From a virus, in the IMG/VR virus record IMGVR_UViG_3300044640_002221, positions 1 through 64,000 of that record: 64,000 bases of DNA. One strand, given 5' to 3'. A program made the translations under genes and the position numbers. Positions 19,838-29,872 of this stretch are shown here, in pieces. The notes under the pieces are model-generated. The model saw only the letters and a list, made by a program, of their open reading frames with translations. It was not told the DNA's origin and made no database searches. Within the stretch, counting starts at the first letter, position 1. Each line of letters starts with the position of its first letter.

Positions 19838-21430
19838 ATGTCTCAATCTCAAGTATTTGCTTACTGCCGTGTCTCTACTTCTGAACAGGCAGAGGATAGA
19901 GATTCTCTTGTTAAACAGATGCGCCGCCTCCGCGCTGCTGGAGCTACCAAAATCTATTATGATGTGGAATCCAGAACTGTTGACACTCGCCGGGGCTTAA
20001 TGCAGTTAATAGCCGATGTTAGTTCTTCTCCAGCAGGTTTGATATCTAAGTTTCTATTTGTTAGAGTAGACCGTCTCACTTCTTCTAACAACGTATTCTA
20101 CACTTTAATGGATGCTCTTAATAAGAAAGAGATTAAATCTTTTGCTCTTGATGAACCTTTTGACATTGCTAGTATTGGCGGTGAGCTAACTATTGATGTT
20201 AGGTTAGCTGCTGCTAAGTATGAGATTAAAATGTTATCAATGCGCGTTAAAAAAGAACGAGATGCAAGAAAAAAAGATGCTAAAGCACACTGGAACGCTC
20301 CTTATGGTTATATAGTTAACAACGACAGTTATTACCTTGACAACCGAGAAGTTATCTGTCTACTAGAAGGTAAAAGAGTATTGACAAGAGCTGAATTAGT
20401 AAGACACGTCTTTGATACTTTCTTTGAAGTTGGAACTATTAACAAGACAGTTTCTACTCTACACCAAACTTTTGGCATTGAATCAAAAGCAATAGTTAAG
20501 AGTAAGGAAAAAAGACCAAACATAATAAAAGAAGAAGATGAGTTAAACTACGAATCTATCAAGAATATGTCTGGTGGTTCTGTGATAGTTGGTTATTCTG
20601 CTAAGAGTTTAAAATGGACGGTCTCTGGTCTGAAAAATACTCTAGTTAATCCTGTCTACGCTGGTGGTACACCTTATGATATTAACCTTAAACTCAAAAG
20701 CCATAAGAAACCATTTGAACAGTGGACAGTAGCTTGGGGAAGTCATGGTAATACAGATGACTACTCTACCAACAACTTTGGGGCTACAGGAGAAGCAATC
20801 ATTACTAGACTAGAGTACGACAGAGTTAGAGAGGTAATTACTTCTAACCGTCATAACAGATGGTCTAACGAACAGAAGTTTACTAACCCTTTTGCTGGAT
20901 TATTAAAGTGTGCACATTGCGGGGCTGCTTACACCAGACAATCTAAAAAGCTTGTTAAAGGTAAGAACTTTATTAGATACCATTATCAATGCAGCTTTTA
21001 TCACATTAAAGCTTGTACTAACAAAACTATGATCAGTTCTGATGTACTAGAAAAGCAAGTAGTAGAGTTGTTAGTACAGGAAGCAGATAGACTTTCTGTA
21101 ATGGGATCACAGACTAACTTTACTCTACAGGAAAGCCAAGAGCTTAAAACTCTAAGGACTCAGTTAGCTGGACTGGAGGCTTTACCCTCTAGTTTAGATA
21201 TTGCTGGGTTGATAAATAAAGTCAGACAAGATATAGCAGCTATAGACCACTCTACAGCTGCTCAAACAACGCAGTATTTAGTTTCTAAAGATTTGATAAT
21301 TGAGGAGTTCAAACATCCTGAAACTTGGCTGGAGCTAGAGCCTTCTGACAAAACAGCTCTTCTTCAAGCTTGTATCCGAAAGATAATAGTAGGTGGCAAC
21401 CGAGTAGTAAGTATAGAGTATAAGTATTAA
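19838..21430 (+). CDS. Large serine recombinase/integrase (resolvase, recombinase and Zn-ribbon domains; XisF-like)
   Basis: AYCRVSTSEQ (catalytic Ser), RVDRLT, APYGY, LKNTLVNPVYAG, FAGLLKCAHCGAAY, YQCS. The likely start is ATG 19838; the track starts at GTG 19802. Confidence 0.92.
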   Translation: MSQSQVFAYCRVSTSEQAEDRDSLVKQMRRLRAAGATKIYYDVESRTVDTRRGLMQLIADVSSSPAGLISKFLFVRVDRLTSSNNVFYTLMDALNKKEIKSFALDEPFDIASIGGELTIDVRLAAAKYEIKMLSMRVKKERDARKKDAKAHWNAPYGYIVNNDSYYLDNREVICLLEGKRVLTRAELVRHVFDTFFEVGTINKTVSTLHQTFGIESKAIVKSKEKRPNIIKEEDELNYESIKNMSGGSVIVGYSAKSLKWTVSGLKNTLVNPVYAGGTPYDINLKLKSHKKPFEQWTVAWGSHGNTDDYSTNNFGATGEAIITRLEYDRVREVITSNRHNRWSNEQKFTNPFAGLLKCAHCGAAYTRQSKKLVKGKNFIRYHYQCSFYHIKACTNKTMISSDVLEKQVVELLVQEADRLSVMGSQTNFTLQESQELKTLRTQLAGLEALPSSLDIAGLINKVRQDIAAIDHSTAAQTTQYLVSKDLIIEEFKHPETWLELEPSDKTALLQACIRKIIVGGNRVVSIEYKY

Positions 21431-21621
21431 GCAGCTTTATCTAAGCCTGCTTGGTGTTCTTCTCTTGCTAGTCTCTTTTTACGGGCGGCTAAGACTATGC
21501 GGGCAACTAGTTCTGCTAATGTTTCTTTTCTCTTTATCATGTTGTTGACTTTAAACTCTTATCACTTTAATGTTGTAAGCAATTCTTTTCTGCTTTTAGC
21601 TAACTCTTTTGAGGTAGCAAG

Positions 21622-22146
21622 TTAATCAGTAGCCCAGCCTGCTTTTAATAACTGGGCTCTGTTAGTTACTGTTATTCCTGTAGCTAGATACTCTTCTAAG
21701 GAGTTTACTAGCTTACCGTTTAAATCAAGCTTGTAGTCTACTAGGGCTATTAACCAGACTGCTGGCTTGGTTTCTAAATGATCTTTGACTGCCTCTGCGA
21801 TCGCATACTCTGGGGATAGTTTCTCTCTCAGTAGAATAGCTGTTATCAAGATGCTGAGAGATATCTGTTTGTAAGTAGAGTAAATCTTAAGTGTAGAATC
21901 TGCCTCATAGTTACTCAGAAAAGCTAGTAGTGCGGCTGTTGTTTCTACGTCAGCATACTCAAAGTGGTAGTCACTTTCTTCTGGATTATCTGAAGGAAGA
22001 TAAGGGGTGTACCTCTGGTCTAGTACCCTTCTAGCGTTAAAGGCGTATTTTGCATCTTGCAGACTCCAAGTGTGTGAGCAGCTTACATAAACTAAATCAT
22101 CAGTTTTAGTAAGAGCTGAAAGCTGATGTTGGGATATTATCTGCAT
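21622..22146 (-). CDS. Degenerate protein-tyrosine-phosphatase-like protein
   Basis: The C-terminus KPAVWLIALVDYKLDLNGKL resembles predicted PTP (COG5350-like) tails, but the CxxGxSRS loop is replaced by STYKQISLS. Confidence 0.3.
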   Translation of the reverse strand: MQIISQHQLSALTKTDDLVYVSCSHTWSLQDAKYAFNARRVLDQRYTPYLPSDNPEESDYHFEYADVETTAALLAFLSNYEADSTLKIYSTYKQISLSILITAILLREKLSPEYAIAEAVKDHLETKPAVWLIALVDYKLDLNGKLVNSLEEYLATGITVTNRAQLLKAGWATD

Positions 22147-22525
22147 AGCTTAACTCTTCTACTTTTAAAATTAGTTTACTTACTATTGAATTTTTTCTCT
22201 GTGGCTGTAGACCTAGTTTAGTTATATCTAGAACCTCTTTAATTATAAAAGTTTTACTAAACAAGACATCTATAGCTTTGTTAGTTGGAGTATCTACTAA
22301 GACACCATCTATTTTTATAATTACCTTCTGCTCTTTTAGTAAAACACAGAGCGCTTCTTTAGACAATCTTCCTCTTTCTAGAGTCAGTAGTTTTTCCGCA
22401 TGGTTAAACTCTAAGCTAAAAAAGTTACCTATTAGTTTTAATTCTTGATCTAGTAATACAAATAGCTGGATGTTATAACCACTTACAGGGTCTAAGTTAT
22501 AATTGTGCAGTAAAGTCGCTGTCAT
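22106..22525 (-). CDS. Hypothetical protein
   Basis: 139-aa ORF coupled to dps. Confidence 0.55.
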   Translation of the reverse strand: MTATLLHNYNLDPVSGYNIQLFVLLDQELKLIGNFFSLEFNHAEKLLTLERGRLSKEALCVLLKEQKVIIKIDGVLVDTPTNKAIDVLFSKTFIIKEVLDITKLGLQPQRKNSIVSKLILKVEELSYADNIPTSAFSSY

Positions 22526-22983
22526 TTTCCTAGAGTAGCTCCTAGCTTAAATATGTAACTACTATAGCTTTCAGATAAGTCTCCAGCCATGTTTATTACG
22601 GCTTCGCACCCAACAGCTTGAGCTTCTGTTATCACAGTTTTTAGGGAGTCTATAACAATTGACTGGTCTTCATAAAGAATACTTATCATTGTCAGGGCAT
22701 CTTGTGCGCCATCTATCTCTTTAACATCAGATAGTTGTAGATAGACTGTGAGCATTGAGGGGGCTTTGTAACCTAAGCTTCTAATATTCTCGGCTATTCT
22801 ATCAATGTTAGTCCCCATGTCTGTGTACAGGTCAGATAGCAGGGAATGGTATTGAGGGAAGTTTGGACCATTAACATTCCAGTGGCAGCCCCAAGTCTTT
22901 GAATACAATACAAACGCATTTGCTTGGGCTTTGTACAGAGCTCTTACTAGTTCTAAATACTTACCTTCATCCATTGTTATCAC
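22522..22983 (-). CDS. dps: Dps/ferritin-like DNA starvation protein
   Basis: HWNVNGPNFPQYHSLLSDLY...DRIAENIRSLG ferroxidase signature. Confidence 0.93.
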   Translation of the reverse strand: MITMDEGKYLELVRALYKAQANAFVLYSKTWGCHWNVNGPNFPQYHSLLSDLYTDMGTNIDRIAENIRSLGYKAPSMLTVYLQLSDVKEIDGAQDALTMISILYEDQSIVIDSLKTVITEAQAVGCEAVINMAGDLSESYSSYIFKLGATLGK

Positions 22984-23033
22984 CAGTAGTTTAAATAGTT
23001 TAGGGGAGTTATCAGCTTCCCTAGTTGTTTAGA

Positions 23034-24944
23034 TTAACCTTGACAAGGAATACAAACCTCATCATCTGACTTGATTAGAGGACAAGCTTCTGCTGTTGCA
23101 GGTTTAATAGCTTCATAATCAACAACACTTCCAGCTCTGGACTTAGGTTCACCTTTCTGGTAGTAAAGAGATTTAACTCCCAGCTTCCAAGCTGCAAAGT
23201 GAACTTTATTAATCTCAGCTAGTGTGGCACTCTCTGGGAAGAATAAGTTCAGGCTTTGCGATTGGTCAATATATTGCTGACGGGCTGCTGCTTGACGTAC
23301 TAATTCCAACTGATCAATCTCATGAGCTGTTAGGAACACAGCTTTCTCATGCTCGGATAGGAAAGGTAAGTGTTGTACTGACCCAGCGTGAGCTAGAATA
23401 TCTGACCACACTTCGGTCTGGTCATAGCCTTTTTCTTTCAGCAACTCAGCAAAGACAGTGTTGCGTTGAATGAACGCTCCTTTAGTATCTTTGATAAAGT
23501 AGTTGGCTACTATAGGTTCTATACCTTCAGAGACGTTACCACAAATGGTAGAGTTAGATTTGGTAGGAGCACAACAAGTGGTGTGAGTGTTTCTGACTCC
23601 GAAACCTTTACACCATTCTGGCTCCCCAAAGATAAAGGCTAATTCTGCTGTGGCTGCTAATGTACCTTCTTCTAAACGCTCAAACAATTCTTCATTTAGA
23701 ACTCTGGCTTCATTAGACGCAAAAGGAATACTTCTTTGTTGTAAAAGAGTGTGGTAGCCCATTACACCTAAACCTAAAGCCCTAGACTTTTCCGCAAAGG
23801 CTACAGCTTTCTCAAAACCTACTTTGCCTCTAGCTTTCTGGATAAACTCTTCCATCACTGCGTCTAGCAGATAAATGGAGTCTTGAACTACTCTTGAATC
23901 ATTTTTCCACTCATCATACTTTGCTGCATTAAGAGAGGATAAGCAACACACTAAGGTGTAAAGCTCGCTTGTATGCAAATTAATCTCACAGCAGAGATTA
24001 CTACCTTTTACATCCAGTCCAAGCGCTTTATAGCACTCTGGATTTGCTCTGTTAACTGTATCAATAAAGAAAAGGTAAGGCTCTCCTGTCTGTCTGCGTA
24101 ACTGTAAGACCTTAGCCCAACGGCGCCTGGCTTCTTCATCTCCAGCTTGTAATCTTTCCATGAAGCTATCAGGAATTACTACAGCGTGATGAATGTTTAG
24201 ACATTGAAAGTTAGGGTCTCCATGCGGTTGACGCATCTTAATGAAGTCATCAAAGTCTGGATGGTCAATATTTAGATACGCTGCGAGAGCGCCTTTCCTA
24301 AACCCACTCTGCGATACGCCAACTATTTCTGAGTCATGAATCTTTAGCCAAGGTACAACGCCGCTAGATACACCACCATTGGCGATCGCAGCACCTCTAG
24401 CTCTAATGTCTGAGATATGAACTGCAGTGCCACCCCCATTAGAAGTTAGCCAAGGTATCTCTTGAAAGGAAGAGAAAATAGACTCTCTGTTATCTCCTAC
24501 ATAAGAAGCAAAGCAAGAAATTGGATAACCTTTGTCAGTTCCCATGTTAGACAATACAGGGCTGGCTCCTCCAAGCCATCCTTTCCAAAAGAGTTCAAAG
24601 AATCTTTCACAATAGTATCTATACTTGCTACCATTTTCATCTAATATCTTATAGTAACTAGCTGCTGCTTCTGCAACTCGTGCCCACATTTCTTTTGGAG
24701 TCTCGCGCCAAAAGGTTTTAATAGTTCCATCATCTTTTGTTTCTGTTACTTCTTGCCAGAACTGTTTTGGCTCTTCACTTGTTAGCAAATAGCCAGACTT
24801 TAATGTCCCCCAACCTTCAATAGTCAGCCACTCTGGTGCTTCTCCAGCTTCTTTCAAGCCTTGTAACTCATCATTCAACTCTTTATACAAAACGAACTGT
24901 TCGTTGCCGCTCATCTGTCTACTATCCTTATAATGCAAAATCAA
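23034..24944 (-). CDS. nrdA: Class Ia ribonucleotide reductase alpha subunit (no ATP cone)
   Basis: ASPVLSN, ISCF, NGGG, GSNLCCEI, CCLSSLN, APTKSNS, EGIEP, DQSQSLNLF, GVKSLYY, C-terminal CxxC. Confidence 0.96.
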   Translation of the reverse strand: MILHYKDSRQMSGNEQFVLYKELNDELQGLKEAGEAPEWLTIEGWGTLKSGYLLTSEEPKQFWQEVTETKDDGTIKTFWRETPKEMWARVAEAAASYYKILDENGSKYRYYCERFFELFWKGWLGGASPVLSNMGTDKGYPISCFASYVGDNRESIFSSFQEIPWLTSNGGGTAVHISDIRARGAAIANGGVSSGVVPWLKIHDSEIVGVSQSGFRKGALAAYLNIDHPDFDDFIKMRQPHGDPNFQCLNIHHAVVIPDSFMERLQAGDEEARRRWAKVLQLRRQTGEPYLFFIDTVNRANPECYKALGLDVKGSNLCCEINLHTSELYTLVCCLSSLNAAKYDEWKNDSRVVQDSIYLLDAVMEEFIQKARGKVGFEKAVAFAEKSRALGLGVMGYHTLLQQRSIPFASNEARVLNEELFERLEEGTLAATAELAFIFGEPEWCKGFGVRNTHTTCCAPTKSNSTICGNVSEGIEPIVANYFIKDTKGAFIQRNTVFAELLKEKGYDQTEVWSDILAHAGSVQHLPFLSEHEKAVFLTAHEIDQLELVRQAAARQQYIDQSQSLNLFFPESATLAEINKVHFAAWKLGVKSLYYQKGEPKSRAGSVVDYEAIKPATAEACPLIKSDDEVCIPCQG

Positions 24945-25899
24945 ATTCTAATTCATTGGGGTCGAAGCTTTCGCCTCTTGAGTAATTGGTTTCTCTGGTC
25001 AAGAAGAAGTCATGATTTCTTGCCGCACCAGTAAAGATGTCAAACCAACTAGATATAGCAGTGGCACTAGCCGCGTCAAACTCAATAACGGGCTTATACC
25101 CTAACTCCATGAGCTTCTTGTTAGCTCTAGCTCTGATGTAGTTCTTGAGGTCATTGGCTTTAAGACCTAGCAAGTCTCCACCTTCAAAGATAGAGTCTAT
25201 GAAGTCTTCCTCAAGCTTCACACAAGTTCTTGCTGCTTCATAAATATCTTGTTCTAGCTTACCTGTCCGAAGATGTGGTTTCTCGCTTAAATAAGTATTA
25301 AAAAGCCATATACCCGCTTCACTATGTAAGCCTTCGTCCCGACTGCTGTACTCTACAATTGTACCCAACCCCTTCATTTTGTTAAACGCTGGGAAGCGCA
25401 TAAGAACCGCAAAAGAAGAGAATAAAGAAACGCCTTCGGCAAAAGCACTAAATACAGCAAGAGAGCGAGCTATATCCTGCTCATCTTGGTCTCTAGCATC
25501 TACTAAACTATTAAACTTAGCCTTTGCTGTTGGGTCTTGTAAGAAGGCTTCAAAGTCATTAATGCCTAATGTTTCGCTTAAGTAGTTATAAGCCTCGGCG
25601 TGCACGACTTCATAAAAGCTAAAAGTCTTTGCCATGTCCCCAACCTCTGGCTTTGGAAACCATTTACAGACGTTTGACCAGTAGTCACCGATGATAATTT
25701 CTGACTGTGTAAAGCCTTTCAGAACGCCTGCTACCACAGCACGTTCTCTGGCATCTAGCTTACCTTTCCAGTCTAGTAAATCCTCGGTTAACGCGCACTC
25801 ACTGGCTAACCAGGGCATAAGTCGTTGGGTATTGCCGTATTGATATGCCTCTTCATACTCGAAGGGCTTATAGTTAAATCTGGGGTCTACTATTGACAT
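24928..25899 (-). CDS. nrdB: Ribonucleotide reductase beta subunit
   Basis: FTQSE, EVVHAEAY, EGVSLFSSF, RDEGLH, DFF...TNY. Confidence 0.96.
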   Translation of the reverse strand: MSIVDPRFNYKPFEYEEAYQYGNTQRLMPWLASECALTEDLLDWKGKLDARERAVVAGVLKGFTQSEIIIGDYWSNVCKWFPKPEVGDMAKTFSFYEVVHAEAYNYLSETLGINDFEAFLQDPTAKAKFNSLVDARDQDEQDIARSLAVFSAFAEGVSLFSSFAVLMRFPAFNKMKGLGTIVEYSSRDEGLHSEAGIWLFNTYLSEKPHLRTGKLEQDIYEAARTCVKLEEDFIDSIFEGGDLLGLKANDLKNYIRARANKKLMELGYKPVIEFDAASATAISSWFDIFTGAARNHDFFLTRETNYSRGESFDPNELEFDFAL

Positions 25900-25976
25900 A
25901 CAATCATAGTTCTGATGTGTCGGACTCTTTCTAACCTACTATTTAAACAATGTTATTAGCCGACAGTTCTAAAAAA

Positions 25977-26693
25977 TTAACTTACAGGTAAAGCTCCTCT
26001 AAAACCTACTGCAGCAAACCTCTTTATGACTTGTGCCCTCTTTTCTGGCAGCTCATCTATCAATATTTCTAGTACAAGCTGTCCTAAAGTATCCATCTTC
26101 TGTCTGGCTGAGTTCTTTTCTAAAAACTTGTCAGCCAACGCTATTGTTTGCCTCAACTCAGCAGCATACTTAACGTGGTGCTCTGGGTCTGTGTTCTCAA
26201 GTCTAGCTAGTTGTCTGTACAACATAGCTCCCATTTCTTCTATGTTATTTGCAATATCAAAGATAGAGCTCTTTTTCAATTCAGCTTTCTCAGCGGGCGT
26301 AGAAGCATCGTATGCTTTACAAAACTTAGAGACAGAAGAGGGGTCTATATCGAGGTAAGTCCCTATGTCTTTGTAGTTCTGCCCGTTGTTTCTCATTCTG
26401 ACAATCTCAGAACCTAGCTTTAATCTTTCTATCTTTGACATAGACATAGTAGACAACTGCCTACCATTTTCTATTAGTGATGCCCCCTCCTCTGTTTCAT
26501 TTAAGGCTTGGTATAAAGCTTCAGCTCTTGTGGCTACAGCCTTTAGTTCTCCTCTATATTCTGCTCCTACAAGCTCAGATAAACTTGTTAAAGACTTTAC
26601 AATGTACTCTAGTTGCTCAATGTATCCTACAGCTTTGTGAGCCCTCTCTAAGGACAAAGTTTCCTGTTGTGGTTCAAACGTTTGTACCATCAT
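25977..26693 (-). CDS. Putative HTH DNA-binding protein
   Basis: RMRNNGQNYKDIGTYLDIDPSSVSKF helix-turn-helix pattern. Confidence 0.5.
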   Translation of the reverse strand: MMVQTFEPQQETLSLERAHKAVGYIEQLEYIVKSLTSLSELVGAEYRGELKAVATRAEALYQALNETEEGASLIENGRQLSTMSMSKIERLKLGSEIVRMRNNGQNYKDIGTYLDIDPSSVSKFCKAYDASTPAEKAELKKSSIFDIANNIEEMGAMLYRQLARLENTDPEHHVKYAAELRQTIALADKFLEKNSARQKMDTLGQLVLEILIDELPEKRAQVIKRFAAVGFRGALPVS

Positions 26694-27430
26694 TCTCTCC
26701 GAGGTCTTGTTAATAATTCTTTTACTAAGTTAGGAGATATCTCCCTAAACTCTAGTATTACCAGTATGGCATCTACTGCTCGTCCCCAAGACCTTTTTAA
26801 TAACTCTGGTGTATAACCTTCAAACACTGCCAGCTCTCTTCGCTTGTTACACCCCACCCATAAAAGGTACAGGCAAGCAAAGTCCTCTGGGCATACTTGA
26901 GTGTAAATTTTTTCTAACACAGTTTTAACTTCATTAGCTGAAGATTCTTTTTTAGATATAGGATTTACCCAAGGTAGAAAGTAAGGGAACTGTTGCTGTA
27001 AGTAAACTAAGAAGCTTAATCTTACTAGGTCTACTTCTTGAAGGTAAATTTCTGGTAAGTTATCTAACTCTTGTTCTTCTTTCTTTCTCTCTTCTTTTTT
27101 TATAAGTTTATTTTTATTATTTATTCCTACGCTTGTTAGTGCAGGTATTAATTCAATACTCTCAGGCTTGTAACCTATAAAACTTTTCTTTAACCATTCA
27201 TACAGTTTATCTGTCGGAGCAAACTTAAGAGTAGTTCTGACTTTGTTATCTTGTACTCTGAAAGTACCAATATGAGGAAGAACTATCTTGAGTCTTTTGA
27301 TTAGAGATATAACAATAAACTCAGAGAGGGCAAAGACTACTTGTGTAGCTTGCTGGGGCGTTAACCCCGCTCTCTGAGCTATGTACTCTGCTATATCGTC
27401 GTAGTAGATATCAGCTTTGTGTTTGGGCAT
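26690..27430 (-). CDS. HU/IHF-like DNA-binding domain protein with a C-terminal extension
   Basis: IAEYIAQRAGLTPQQATQVV...IVLPHIGTFRV...KFAPTDKL. Confidence 0.7.
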   Translation of the reverse strand: MPKHKADIYYDDIAEYIAQRAGLTPQQATQVVFALSEFIVISLIKRLKIVLPHIGTFRVQDNKVRTTLKFAPTDKLYEWLKKSFIGYKPESIELIPALTSVGINNKNKLIKKEERKKEEQELDNLPEIYLQEVDLVRLSFLVYLQQQFPYFLPWVNPISKKESSANEVKTVLEKIYTQVCPEDFACLYLLWVGCNKRRELAVFEGYTPELLKRSWGRAVDAILVILEFREISPNLVKELLTRPRRE

Positions 27431-28215
27431 TTGGTCTTATTCTTTCATAGTCTTTACAGCTTCTAGCACAGTATAAAGCAAATTCTTCCTGAGTCATTGT
27501 CACGTAGTTTTCTGGCTCTACCCAATCTTCATCTTCACTAAGATTGGGGTGTGTACATTCAAACGTATTAAAGTCTTTGTTATTATAATCTCTGTCAGTC
27601 CAAACATGAGCGTGTGAACAATTAAAGCAAGACCTTGTTTCTTTTAATGGTGATGATAAATTACTCATTCATAGCCTCCACAGCATCATTTAAATCTGTT
27701 CCCTGATAGTAGAGACAAGTAACAGCAGTATTGTAAACTTTATAGCTAAATATCTTTCTAGCATGACAGAAGGAGAACTCAAGCACTCGGTTCCCTCTTC
27801 TAGCCATAACTACATTTAGCTCCATTCCTTCCAACTTGTCATAGTCTAGTTTCCTTTTAGAGTAGACAAGTGGCTTGCTGATATTGTTTTTACTCATTTC
27901 TCTTTTCTCTTAAATAGCTCCGGGGTTGCCTTGGGTCGCTAAAGGTATTTAAGAAGCCCGCGACTCCTAGCATCCCATAACTGCCTGCCACTTCTTCAGG
28001 AGTCATAGAGAAGTAGCACTTATTATTGGCAGTCATTTATATCTCCTTCTGCATCATTTAATTCTGGGTAGTATATAACAACATCAAATCCTTGAGGGTA
28101 GGGTTCTTTTATTTTTGCGTTATTTTCAACACGTTCTTTTAGTCCTTTAAACCTTATTTTCTCACAGTATCTTTTGAACTCTTCATCGTAAGGATGTTTT
28201 GCTTTATCATCTTTT

Positions 28216-29337
28216 TCAGTCATTACCTTCAAAAACCTTTAACTCTTCTTCAATATTAAACGCGTAATCTGGCCAGCAATGTTTAAAGAATTTACACACA
28301 CTTACCAAACCTTTAGTTTGCCAGTCTCTTCTAAAACAAGGAGAGCCATACTCAGCCGGTGATAAGGGCTTTCTCCAGCGATTGCTCTCTTCACAGGACT
28401 GAATCTCATCCTCAATGATTTCCAGACCTTTAATAGTCTGAGCAACAATATTAACATCTACTTGCGCCATTACCAGCTCTCCAGAAGGTAAATGATAAAT
28501 AGCTATGTAATCAGGTAATCTACCAGTGTGCTCGTAGAATAGGCTGGCGTATAGGTTAAGCTGTGGGTGCATCATTACATCTAACCCTGTAGTAGGTTCC
28601 TTCTCTGTTTTAAGGTCACATACTACCACAGCACCTTCATTAGTTACAAAGTCCCAGTCAATACCGCTTAACCAGTGTTTGCCTCGTTTCCAAGGCATAT
28701 TCAAGTCATCAAATCTACGCTCTATGCCTTTGGTTTCTGCCACCCATTCTGGCACTTGGAAGTTGTAAAAGTACCAAGCAGCTTTACTAACCATTTGGCA
28801 AAGGTTCAATCTTCTAAACTGTGGGTTTAATTGAGTAGCTATATTGTTAATCCCTAAAGCTGTTTTGTAAAGGCCTGCTGCATTCAATTCTTTCTTTACT
28901 TGTCCAGGAGGATAGTTAATCGGATCTTTTGGAACAGAGCCATCACTATTTCTGATTGCATCTTCCTCTAAATAGTTAGCTGAGCAGCGGTGGTACAACT
29001 CTCCTGTAGCCACTGCGTAATCTATTAATGACCTTGCGGGAATACCTATAGCTTGTAACTCATCATCATCTTCACTGGCTAAAGGCAGCTTACAATCTTT
29101 TTCTAACCACTTTGGTAACACTATCTCAAAAGCTGATTCTCTCGCAGCACCTTTTAAGAACTGCTCTATTAACTCGTGGGCTAGTCTACCTATTAGTAAA
29201 CTATCCTCCAGAACTTCAATAGTGTTTTCTTTTACTCTGTCAACATAAGCAAGCTTATACTTTAGAGGACATTTAGGGAAGCTACTCAATCTAGTGTAAG
29301 AGGTTGTTTGACTGGGGCTGTAAGTCGAGGAGGGCAT
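28216..29337 (-). CDS. PD-(D/E)XK (RecB-like) exonuclease
   Basis: SYTRLSSFPKCPLKY, IGRLAHELIE, SGIDWD...VVCDLKT, QLNLYA, terminal C..C. Confidence 0.88.
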   Translation of the reverse strand: MPSSTYSPSQTTSYTRLSSFPKCPLKYKLAYVDRVKENTIEVLEDSLLIGRLAHELIEQFLKGAARESAFEIVLPKWLEKDCKLPLASEDDDELQAIGIPARSLIDYAVATGELYHRCSANYLEEDAIRNSDGSVPKDPINYPPGQVKKELNAAGLYKTALGINNIATQLNPQFRRLNLCQMVSKAAWYFYNFQVPEWVAETKGIERRFDDLNMPWKRGKHWLSGIDWDFVTNEGAVVVCDLKTEKEPTTGLDVMMHPQLNLYASLFYEHTGRLPDYIAIYHLPSGELVMAQVDVNIVAQTIKGLEIIEDEIQSCEESNRWRKPLSPAEYGSPCFRRDWQTKGLVSVCKFFKHCWPDYAFNIEEELKVFEGND

Positions 29338-29872
29338 ATTTGGATACTCTAATGATTGGAATAGTTGCTATCTCTTCTGAAGAAAAAGCTTTATATTCTA
29401 CCATTTTAGCCCATAAAATGCCGATTGCGTCATATTCGTGTTCTTCTAATTCCTTAATATCTTCCTTTTGGGGATGTATTTCTAAAAGCCAGTTCTTACA
29501 GTATTCTTTAGTTCCTTTAATGCCAAGCACTGCCGGCCAGCTATTAGGTTGTTTAGCTGATGCGTGTAGTATAGTTGTGGTCACTTGATGGCGGTAACAG
29601 GCATTGGTTACTGTACAGAAGACTTGAGCTAACCTCATAGCTGAGTTTCTGAATCTACCTGGATAGCTTTCTTCTAGAACTATATGCTGAGGCTGTAAAG
29701 TTGTTATCAGGTTACAAAGAAAGGAGTCTATTCTGTGTAGTCGTAAGCTACTAGACTCCTTTGGTTTGGTTTTGAACACTGTAGTGTAGATAGCTTTGCC
29801 ATCAAAGACGGCTACGCCGGTGTTCTCTAAAGCTTGGTCTAAAGCTATAACACACTTTCCTACTTGATACAT
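29291..29872 (-). CDS. ruvC: RuvC-like Holliday junction resolvase
   Basis: VIALDQALENTGVAV, IVLEE, EYDAIGI. Confidence 0.8.
   Translation of the reverse strand: MYQVGKCVIALDQALENTGVAVFDGKAIYTTVFKTKPKESSSLRLHRIDSFLCNLITTLQPQHIVLEESYPGRFRNSAMRLAQVFCTVTNACYRHQVTTTILHASAKQPNSWPAVLGIKGTKEYCKNWLLEIHPQKEDIKELEEHEYDAIGILWAKMVEYKAFSSEEIATIPIIRVSKYALLDLQPQSNNLLH

Noticed and set aside
28216-29337. Cas4/CRISPR association of the PD-(D/E)XK nuclease
   Set aside because: The context is RuvC, primase and replication genes with no array or cas1, so a recombination exonuclease is more parsimonious.
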